The notes below the pieces were generated by a model, which ran no database searches, was not told where the DNA came from, and saw only the letters and a program-made list of their open reading frames with translations. The translations under genes and the position numbers were made by a program. Of a stretch of DNA of 64,000 bases, positions 22,946 to 34,100 are shown piece by piece. The DNA is from Macrostomum hystrix (lineage: Eukaryota; Animalia; Platyhelminthes), in NCBI GenBank assembly GCA_950097015.1, contig CATNEN010000030.1, positions 558,001 through 622,000 of the forward strand, written 5' to 3'. Each line of letters opens with the position of its first letter. Position 1 is the stretch's first letter.

Positions 22946-23572
22946 CCGTCTTTTCTCTCGCGATGTACAGAGAGGGCGATGGGGCAAGGCCTGCTCCAAG
23001 GTTCGTGAGATCAAAGGAAATAGAGGATGCGCCTGTGATGACAAGGATGCACAAGGATGTGTAAAAAAAAACCGCGTGTGTTCCCCAAAAAGGTGACAAA
23101 ACTTGCTAGTTATTTGAAAGTTCGCAGTCGACAATGATCCACAATTTCATCGTCAGAGTTAAAGACTCTTGATTCTATAGCACAGAACCTCATGGAGTGA
23201 GGAGTTTGGACAGTCTTCAAGATTTAGGACTTGAGAGTATTCATTTCGAAACAGTTGCAGTCCACTCATGTGCTTTACTTCAATTCGCTCATAAGTCGAA
23301 ACGCCTCTGGTCCACATAGTTCGTACATGATTTATACGGTCGGACCTGCAGCAACAATAGTGATCGGCATTGTATTTCAAACTTTCACAATCCTTTCTCA
23401 TTTCGTTATTTAACCTGTCCCAAGAGCGATGGCTGTGTAAAAGAGAGAGTTCAAGGCTATTTCTGAATGATTTGTTAACAATTAGTTCTACAGTCTCAAA
23501 GAAAGCATCAGGCTTCATTAGGCTCCATATAGCTTATATCCTTTCATGATTGACGAATGCCACTGTAGCACG

Positions 23573-26500
23573 TCAGGGGCAGCTTAATGGGCCATTGCCG
23601 TAGGCTGCAGCAAACAGAAAAAGAAGCACACCAGCTGACGCGGAAACGGCGCCAACGGCAAGCAGTCGGTCGATGCTGCGGCCAATTTGACGCCACTCGG
23701 CGCCGTCAACTGGAGCATTCTTTGCCATTGAAGACGAGCTGGGAGCAGGGTCAGCAAACTCTGACACATCATCGGGCTTGACCACCGGCTGAAGAGTGAT
23801 ATTTGATCTTGGAGGACTCATGTTCTTGTAAGAAAAGCTGCTTATCTCTCAAATAATTATCTCACCTCGCCTTGGGCCCAGCCGCACAGGCGGTTGAGAA
23901 ACAGCAGCCTCAGTGCGCGGTTGCTCACAGGCTGCTCCGATGCAGCTCTCCTGTAGCACATCAGCACAATGATGCTGCCCATTGTGCTCAGAGCTGTCAC
24001 CGCCATGGCCACCGTGAAGTACCAGGCTGGAGAGTGATTGCACACGGTGCTAGCTGTACACACTCAGCACTGACTGCTGGCTAATGAACATGCGAGCTAA
24101 GCTCAACATTGAGACTCACTGAGCACAGGCACGGACTCGCTCTGAGCAGGAGTGATGCTGCCAGCCAGCTGCAGGAACACACTCATTGACAGCAGAATGG
24201 CCACATTCAGAGCCAGCCTGTCGCCCGAGTCCGGCGGAATGAGAAACCCGAAGATGCAGGTGACGAGGATGAGAGCGCTCGGGACGATGAGTACAATGAC
24301 GTAATAGATTGCGAGTCTCTGGTAATGGATGAGTTCGCAGATTCTGTGAAGTCTTGTACTATAAAATGTGCTACCTGTTTCGACTCCTAGCTCTCGTTTA
24401 TTACGAAGCCACAGTTTGTATTCCCACCTTAAAAACGACAATGACGGTCGCCTGTTGATATTCTCCGTAGACGTTATGCAGCTTGGAATCTATGTCGATT
24501 ATGCAGTACTCGTTGCTGCGCAGAAACTTTATTGAATAGAGGATGGCCGGGCTCTGCTGCACCACCAGCTCCATGGTGCTCTTCGGTTTGAGCGCAGCCG
24601 AAGCCATACTGAAGGTGCAGCTCTGCGAGTCGAATGGAAAGCTTTCCATGTGCATGTTGCACTTTATTGTGACGCCGATGGGGTGGTTCACAGTCACTTG
24701 ACCGTCTGACCGGATGTTGGCTAACAGCTGGCTGCGGTCGTAGCTGCGGATCTCTGCACTGGATGGACGGGGAGAAACAGGCGCATTTGTAAACAGCGCG
24801 AATCATAAATATTCTCAGGCAAATAAATTGATGTTCCTGGGAGCTTTATGACGACTTTAATGTGACTTCAATTCATCTTGGAAACCATTTTGTCACAGGC
24901 TTATCTGTTAAAGTAGAAAGTGTTTGTGCCTCTCGCACCAAGTTCCCTGAGCTCGATTCCGCGGCGAGGCCGCATTCATTTGTGGTGCAGCCTCGGAGAG
25001 AAGGCTTGGGGGCTTGTCATGTATTTTACGCTCTTGAGGGCAAACCTCCAAGGCACTGTGATAGTATATACTGCCTGATGATGAGAAAGTCAGAGCAGAT
25101 GTACACACTTATGTGGCCTGTGCTCAGGAGTCAGCGAAATAGCAGAATTGCCTCCTCGCTGGCTGCGGGTCTACTGTCACCAAATGATGTGCCCGCAGCC
25201 CAACAATAATTATTATTGTTTGTATTACTGCTGGAATTGATGCTTCTCAGACAATTCCTGGAAGCCCCTAAACTTTGCTAGTGACAATTGAAATCGTCAT
25301 TGAAGAAGCTGAGAAAATCGTGTGGATCGAAGTTAAAGCCTGGACTAATCTCACGGCTGATTAATGTAGACGTCAGGTGTCCAGACCCAGTCCATCGGTG
25401 CGTAGATACTTTTGTTTTTGCCAGCCAGTTCTGCGCTGGCGAGTGTACGCCAGGCCAGCCGAGGGTCGGTCCAGATCTGCGATTTCGAAGGAATTGGCCA
25501 AGGCTAGGTTTCATTTCTTAGAATGCTTAACAGTAGAAAGACCGCGCTGATATTAAAAAAACTGAATGACCAATTTTCGTGAAAGTCTACCATGGGTAAA
25601 CATTTTTCGCCCTATATACGATGAACTAACTTTCAAAGCCGTCAGCATCGTCGAGATATTCTGCGACTCTTGTCGAACACCATGGTGACAAGGGCAACAA
25701 ACACTGCTCAATGGCGAATCCAGATTGGTGAAATAATTAACACTACATTAGCATCAATAATTACCTATACTGGTGGTTTTTGCCACCACACCCGACGAGA
25801 ATCGTGAATATCTCGATGCCTTTTGATTATGAAAGTTTTTTAATCGGATAGAGGGGAACATTTTAGCCCGTGTTCTGGATTTTCATGGCTAACAGTTAAA
25901 TATTTTGGAAGATGAATGTAAAACATGTGTACCTGAAATACCCCGTGGTGTTTGCCTGTTTCTTACCATTGCGATGGTGCATTCCAGTGTAACCAGCTGC
26001 TTGACCATATCCTGGAACGAAGAAGTTATCCATTGAAGAAATATTCACCTTAACTATGATGAGGAAGTTGGGGGTGAGTGGCAGAGCGGTTAACGCGTTT
26101 GCCTCTCGCACCTAGGTCCCTGAGCTCGATTCCGCGGCAAGGCCACCTTCATTTCTGGCGCAGCCGCGGAGAGAAGGCTTCGGGGCTTGTCGTGCAATTT
26201 ACGCCCTTGAGGGCCAACCTCCAAGGCACAGTGGCAGTGTAGACTGCAGGAAAATGAGAAAGTCAAGCACAGAAGTTCATAGTTCGTACATGATTTATAC
26301 GGTCGGACCTGCAGCAACAATAGTGATCAGCATTGTATTTCAAACTTTCACAATCCTAGTTATTTGTAGCCGTCTTCTAAGACTTCTAAAACTGTCTGTA
26401 GTAAACATAAAAAGAAGCACACCGGCCGACGCGGAAACGGCGCCAGCAATCCAGCAATGGCAGATGTACACACCTGTGTGAGCGTGTGCCTGCGTACAGT

Positions 26501-26965
26501 ATCTGTGTGCGCGTGTGCTCAGGATTCAGCGAAATGGGCAGAATTGCCTCCTCGCTGGCTGCGGATCTAGCGTCACCAAATGATGTGCCATTGCCCGCAG
26601 CCCTCCAGCTTATTATTATTATTATTTTATTATGACGAAGTTGGAAAACGAATTAGATTTCATATAAATCGCGAGTTAGTTAACTGAATTCTTTTTTTGC
26701 ACTTTTTAGATCTGTCTTAGAGAATTATGTCACTTCTGCTCACCACATTCATCAGCTTGACCAGGTTGATCGTGATGATGACGGTATGAGCGGTGCCATT
26801 CGCTGGCTTCGGTGACGCGCCCTTGTTGTAGCCGCCTGCATCGGTGAGGTTTAGCAAGCGAATGACCTGGTCATCGGTAGATAGCTCCACTGAGGCAGCT
26901 GCTGGCGATGGCTGCTGCCACGGAAGAGTCAGCAGCAGAATAAATAAAGTCCGTCTCAGAAGCAT
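23573..26965 (-). CDS. Divergent Cys-loop channel subunit, copy E (~443 aa, intact, 7 exons)
   Basis: Exons 26965-26744, 26011-25967 (DMVKQLVTLECTIAM), 25476-25355 (IWTDPRLAW...WVWTPDV), 24758-24428 (CNMHMESFPFDSQSC), 24318-24120, 24026-23866 and 23824-23573. All in phase; the last intron is only 41 nt. Confidence 0.92.
24912..25222 (+). mobile_element. tRNA-derived SINE, family 1 (5'-degraded copy)
   Basis: B-box-like gagctcgattcc, a body shared with the 26070 and 33221 copies, and a 3' end caccaaatgatgtgcc followed by a (tta)n tail. Confidence 0.8.
26070..26630 (+). mobile_element. tRNA-derived SINE, family 1, carrying a ~190-bp insertion of local sequence
   Basis: Head ggtgagtggcagagcggttaacgcg...gagctcgattcc and a (tta)n tail. 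Sequence between ~26267 and ~26458 interrupts the family motif gagaaagtca|gggcagatg. Further partial minus-strand copies at ~19043-19190, ~28664-28885, ~37870-37997 and ~60770-60965. Confidence 0.85.
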
Positions 26966-28166
26966 GGTCTATAGCCTGGGAGCTTAGATTTTTCACAATT
27001 CAGCCCTGGGATTATCAGCTCTTATTCCTATCAGCATAGCTTTAACTCCATAATTGACCTGTGTGTGCGCAGATCATTTTTGTTTGCGTTCAGTAAACTG
27101 AAAGCGATTTACCTGTGTTGGCTGCTTATTGCAAAGCCGAGCGTGCAGCTCAAACAGAGTGATCTGTTTGAATACAATGGATGGCGCTTTAGCTCACGAA
27201 GTGAATTTTTGGAGCAAACACCAGGTTGTCAATCCTAACAGTTGCTAGAAAATTGAACTGCTATATTTTTTGACACCAGAAATACGTCGTATTTTCTGAG
27301 TAATTTGATTGACTGATCATTTAACTCTACACGCAAAAAATCTGCCATGTTTTTGAAAAAAAACTCGCTTCCTTTTTTGGAAGAGCAGTTAAAGCTTTTG
27401 ATTAGCACCTGCAGCCTAGCACTTTGAGTTCGCTAATTATCCAGCAATGGCCCAACAGGATCAGTGTCTCGTGAGTAGAATCGACTTGTTGGTTGTTGGT
27501 CGCCGTTCGATGCATTTGTACTAATAACACTATGGCTGGTGTGCTGTCTAGAAAATGTTCCTGATCGAAAGTGTTTAATTTCAAGAGCCTAAGGTTAAGC
27601 CCTTATTTAAAGTGCTAGAATAGATTTGACTATGATTCAGGCTAGCTATAAACGTTTTTGTGTTTTTTAGATACATTCACTGCTTGCTGGAGAGAAAGCT
27701 TATTTTCATCTTACTCAATGACCTTAGATAATTGCGTTCGTTACGATATTATCCGTCTTGGAAAGACTCGGTTTGCTAGGTGTGGTCCTATCGCTGAGTT
27801 GCTAGTAACAGAACTCATATCTAATCTTTACGTCAACGCGCCTGGCTTTCAAACAATCACAAAACGCAGCCGAAGGAGTGAATCCATGATCGTAGTTTGC
27901 ACAACTTTCAGACCAGAAGCCTAACAACGTGCCCCCCGTATCAACAGCTGCAGGTTAATTCTACAGAAACCCGTTCGACCTTGACGGCCTGAGTCCACTA
28001 TATACTCATAGCCGCAAAATTTACGGTGCAGATAAACCGAAAGATTTCACCTGCTGCTAGCTCGACTTCAAATTTCGCAGTTGACTATCAGCTCGTTGCT
28101 AGCAATCGAGAGACCCGAGAGAGAGGTGAGTAGAAGTGATCACAAAGTGCCGTGACAAGCCCACAC

Positions 28167-31100
28167 ATGCCAGAACGGGGCTCCAGCTATGCCTCCATAG
28201 AGTTTCAAAACCGAGGCAGCGCAGAAATTGTCGATGCTGGCGACCGCTCCGGCGTCGGCTGCTGTTCCTTTCTGAGGACAAATCACCTGGCGGGGCATAC
28301 GTCAGGAGATTGTCCTGCTGCTCAAGATTGGATGGCCTGTGGTGAGGGTCTATTACTTCTATGAGCAGTACCCAAATGAACACAAAATTATACCCATCTC
28401 ATCACTAACACGCTAGGTGCTTATCACAATTTTAGATTGTCACCAACTTTCTAAACTTTGTCATACTCTCCGAGAGTGTCATGATGTGCGGCCATCTCAC
28501 AAAGGATGAACTGGACGGAGCAGCCTTGGCTAATAGTGTAAGTACTGCTTTGATGACGCCAATCGTAACTAGAAAGGCTTTCGTTTGCTCGCATGAGGTT
28601 TAAAAATAAAAAGAGAAGAGCTGTGGACACCGGCACATCATTTAGACACTGACCATGCAGGCACACATTCGCACAGGTGTGTTCATCTGCCCTGACTTTC
28701 TCATCGTCAGGTAGATTACACTTTCACATGCGCCTTGGTGGTCGGCCCTCGGGGGACGTAAATTCCACGAAAAGTCTGCAAGCCTTTGTGACTGCGACCA
28801 AAATGAAGTTAGCCCTCGCAGCGGATTCGAGCTCAGGGGCTTTGTTGAGAGAGTCATACGCGTCAGCGCACGGCCACTCACCACAGGCTAAAGTAAAATT
28901 ACTTATTGTCCAATAGACTTCTTCTAACAAAACCATTCCACCTGTGAATTTCAGCTGATCAACGCCCTCGGACTGAGCATCGGCATCGGCCTTTGCACGG
29001 GCTGCGACACCCTATTCTCGCAGTCGTACGGCAGCGCCAACAAGAAACGTGTCGGAACCTACCTGCTGCAGAGTGAGCCAAACACGCGCATTGTTCTGTG
29101 ACATATTTCTCTTAATTTTCCATTCGTTTTATTTATTTACCTATATATTTATCTCAACCTCTCCTACTCCTCAGTTATTTATATTGTCTCTACTCAGCTG
29201 AGCCTATTGTTTCAGGCCTAATGATCATCGGATTGTTTCCATTTATAATCTGGGCCGTGCACATCAACATCCTGCCGATACTGCTGGCCTTGGGACAGCT
29301 GCCTCACGTGTCTTAGTGAGTCCGCCCTCACTATTCATACTTTGGAAATCCCAAATTGTGCGTCTGCAAAAGCTAGATAATAATTGCAGGAGGGCTGTGG
29401 GCAATGGCACATACTTTAGTGACACTAGACCCGCAGCCAGTGAGGTGGCAATTCTGCCAATTCCAATGACTCATGAGCACACACGCACACAGGTAACGCA
29501 CGCAGGCACACGCTCACACAGGTGTGTACATCTGCCCTGACTTTCTCATCGTCCTGCGGTGTACAATTTCACTGTGCATTGGAGGTTGGCTCTCAAGGGC
29601 GTAAATTGCACAAGCCCCCAAGCCTTCTGCGCCTGAAATGAATGTGGCCTCGCCGTGGAGTCGAGCTCAGGGACCTCGGTGCGAGAGGCAAACGCGTTAA
29701 CCGCTTTGTTACCGACCCGCCAAAAGCAGATAAGAACTCTCGAGGAACTGAACACAGTTCCAGTAGAACTCTCGAGGAACTGAACACAGTTCCAGTAGAA
29801 CTCTCGAGGAACTGAACACAGTTCCAGTAGAACTCTCGAGGAACTGAACACAGTTCCAGTAGAACTCTCGAGGAACTGAACACAGTTCCAGTAGAACTCT
29901 CGAGGATCTGAACACAGTTCCAGTAGAACTCTCGAGGAACTGAACACAGCTCCAGTAGAACTCTCGAGGAACTGAACACAGTTCCAGTAGAACTCTCGGG
30001 GAACTGAACACAGTTCCAGTAGAACTCTCGGGGAACGGAACACAGTTCCATTAGAACTCTTGGATTTTGGATTGGAATATATAATTTAATATTAATTTTT
30101 CAGCCTCGCAGCGGAATACATGCTTTGGTTCTCACCTGGTGTTATAGTAAGATTCGCGAACAATTTCTATATTTGTCCTGTTTAAGGGGTACCATTGTGT
30201 CATTAAATGGGTAAGTAGAAGAAATTGCTAAATCAGATCCTAAACCATCTCTCTGATTTCAGTTCAACTTCTTCTACATGATCCTGGCTCGCTACCTTCA
30301 GAATCAGGACCGAGTGTTTGCACCGATGATCTGCGCTGTGATTGGCAACGTTTTCAACCTGCTGTCCCAGTACCTGTGCATCTACGTGTGGAACTTCGGC
30401 TTCCTGTGAGTCCCTAGAGTAGTCTAAATGTCGCTTTAGATGCTTTCATAGGAATAAGAGAATGCAAAGAATAGAAATCACGCCTAGACCTGTTGGGGCG
30501 GATGTACAGCACACAACAGCCGCCGCGATTGCGCAGCGCTTCTGAAGGCTGTGTACAGTCTGTTCAGTCTGTGGGTTTTGGAAGCACAACATCCACCAAA
30601 ATTTCTACCGCAGCTGCCTTTACAGCTAGGCGAACTGAAACAATTGCGAATTAAGCATCTTGTAGAAAATTAAAATCTGAGATTCGAACTCACGAACTCT
30701 CGTTCAGAAGTCCTGAAGTCCACGAGCTCGGTTCCCTCCCTAAAAGGAATTGTGTCTTTATAGTTCTTACTCATAAGCAAGGTGTAGTTTTATCCCATAG
30801 ATGCAATTCCGTGTGTCCCATACGCTCGTAGATGCAACTCCATCTGTCCTATATAAAATATATTCAAAAGGTGTGTGCACCGCGATCACGTGCTTTTCTA
30901 ACCCGCCTCAATTTCAGGTCTAGCGCAGTCTGCCAAGCTCTGACCTTTGTGATCATGTTCGTCCTGCTACTGGGCTACATTCTCATCAGCCGGGCCTACG
31001 AGGAGACCTGGAACGGCTGGGACGTCGAGAGCCTGTTCAACTGGTGGCAGTTTCTCAAGCTGGCCCTGCCCGGCGCTGGCATGGTGACGCTGGAGACCTT

Positions 31101-34100
31101 CTGCTGGGAGATCGGCACCTTCGTAGCCGGTGAGAACATTCTAGGCAACAAACTATGGTTCGAATCTTGATTATTAGAGTTATGAAAATTTGTGGAGAGA
31201 GAGATTGTAGCCCACTGAGAGGAGGGGGCGAGTGGGTCGGCGGCTAGCGTCGCTGCCTCGCACTCCAATTGACGCTAGTTCGATTCTCCCTTCAAGTCCC
31301 GATTAATTTCGGGACTTGTTGGAGGGTTTGGACAGTAGCGACCGGTGGAGGTGCACCATATTTCGTGCAATCAAAGCTTGAAATAATAGCTTCGCTCCTA
31401 CCTTCTGTGTGCCTTTTCTGCTTTGTGTGAGTTGTGTGCGTTGGCGCTGGGGCGTGAGGCCTTGGGGGGTGGCTGGGGGGTGTACACCGCCGCGCGCTTT
31501 CTGGATTTCCGTCAGCGCGATTGGATAAGTGTACATAAGTGTACATCAACCGCCCCCCCCCTGAGGACTGATTTCTTATCAGCCTTCCCCCCCGGCTTGG
31601 TCTGCTCTGTGTGTGTGGGGCTGGGGTAGGGGGCACTGCTGCCTATTCTGGGTGCCTCCTGCCCTCCCCGGCTGGTCTGTGCTGCTGTGTGGTGCCTGCT
31701 CAGGGGAGGCGGCACGATGGGCGCTAAGCGCCTAGTTCGCCGGTCTGGGGGCGTGCCGCTCCGTCGCTTGTGCGACAAGTGCCCCGGGCCCCCCTGCAAA
31801 TAGATAGATAGATAGATAGCCCACTGAGAGGTCTGGAGTTCGAGTCAGTTTGATGCTTAATTACGGATTGCTTCTGTCCACCTCGCTGTAAAAAACTATC
31901 CGTAGCTGAGGTGGGTGGGGCGCACCCCTTCCAGTCCATGGACTGTATGTCTGTACGCAGCCTCAAGATGTGCCACACAATAGCTATGGCTGTGCTACTA
32001 GCTTCAAAACCTGGTTTTTATTAAAGCACACGATAAAATTACAAAAGTAAAAAATGCACAGGCTACATGGGCGAAGAAGAGCTTGGAGCGCAATCGATTC
32101 TGTTTCAAACGGAGACCTGGACTTTTATGGTAAGAACTGGCGTCAATTTCTATACCTTTCCGTCAATTCTCTCTAAATTTCCACACCTGAATCATATTTA
32201 TTTAGCTTCTCACCTGTCATTTAAAACTGCTTCGCAGATCGCCCTGGGGTTATCGATCGCGGTCAACATCCGGGTTGGCCAGAACCTCGGCGCAATGAAC
32301 GGCGACCGAGCCAAACTGGTCTGGCTGGCGGGCTGCTGCTGCCTGCTGTGCTCGGCCACCGTCACCACCATCATCTTCATCACCTGCCGCGACCTGCTGC
32401 CCTACATGTTCACCAACGATGCGTAAGCACTTAATTAATAGCCAGTGTGAGAGATACAATCTAGACTACTGACAAAAGTAGAAAAGCAAAGACTTGACAG
32501 TTATAATCTTTCACTTAGCTCTAAATGTCTTACCATACAAAGCATATTGCACACTATTAGCGCTGTGAGAGGACTGCGTTTGGCTATGACTGACTGACGA
32601 AGGCAAACAAGTCTGAAACCGGTCTCGATCTGTCAGCGCGAGGTTCGGCCCTCACTTTTAGTACGTTCCCACCTGCACTAATAGCTTCTTTACGCTTCTC
32701 TACGACTCAAACCCTCGCTAACGACTCAAACGCTTCTATAACGATCCAGAAGATATCTCATGTTACAAGCGACCTATAACGACTCACTATAATATCTTAC
32801 GAGACCTGTTTGACGCGTTTTAGAGGCTTAGCTAGATCGAGTCACTTACTCGAAACGCTTCAAAATGAAAAATGAACACTTCTTTTATTTAAGAGGTTTC
32901 GTTTAGTACCTCTTAGAGATTCGCTTAGAGATTCTGTCATTTCTTTCCTGTCAATTTTCGATAACACCTGGAGCGCCTCTGAAATGACGGCTCAAAGTCA
33001 TTTAAAACTACTTTACACACCGATTGTCGTTGTTATTGGGCCATATGCTGTGCGGTAAATCGGGTACTCACGTTCTATGTACACCCAGGTTTGAAGACTC
33101 ACACACAGGTGTGACTGTCGGTCATTTTGTCGCTTGTTGCTCAGGGTGTATGCGGGGACCAGTCTAGAGTTAAACCCATTATAAATATAGTTTGGACAGA
33201 CAAAGACTTATATGATATGCTGGGGTGAGTGGTTAACACGTCGCCTCTTGCATTAAAGTCCATGAGCTCGATTCTGCAACCAAGCCACACACATAAACTT
33301 TGGTCGCAGCCACGGAGAGCAGTCTTGGGGGTTTGTCACCCCTGAGGGTCCACCCCCAAGGCACAGTTTAGACTGACTGACAATAAAAGCGTCAGGGCAG
33401 ATGTCCACCCTTTGTGAGTGTGTGCCTTACGTGGTGCGTGTGTGCTCAGGAGTCAGCGGAATGGGCTGAATTGTCTCTCTCTCTGGCTGCGGTTCTACCG
33501 CCACCAAATGATGTGCCATTGCCCACCGCCCTACCGCAAATATTAGAGGACATGCTTAGTCAGGCATCATCATCACGAAGAGGGTCGTCTATGCGACCGA
33601 GGTAGCTCATCTACCACTGCAGCCGCACATCTAGAACTTGTACAAAAAATATTTTTGACTATACTCTTTTTCACGCCGCTACGAGTAAGCGATATAAAAA
33701 GTGTAGAAGGCGAAAGCTTACTAATGTGTACTAACAGCAGACACTGATGGCCTAACCGAAAACTGGCTCTAAACCTGCCCCATCCTGCAGGAGTATTGCG
33801 GCCATTGCGGCGGGCATTTTCCCGGTGCTGGGCCTCTTCCAGTTCATTGACGGCATCAGCTGCATCTCGGCTGGAGCTCTGCGTGGCTGCGGCAGGCAGG
33901 CCACGGGAGCACTTCTGGTCATCACAGCCTACTATGTGCTCGGCCTGCCAATCGGCATTCCGGTGGCGCTCACAACATCGCTGCGTGTTTTCGGTGAGAC
34001 TCAGGCCACATATCGATGGGCCAACTCTAACTCTAACCTGCATCTCTCTCACATGCTTGTTCTCTAACCTGCATCTCTCTCACCTGCTTGTTCTCTAACC

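Noticed and set aside
30660-30740. tRNA-like sequence on the minus strand
   Set aside because: Only a B-box and a partial anticodon arm; no acceptor stem. Probably a degenerate SINE head.
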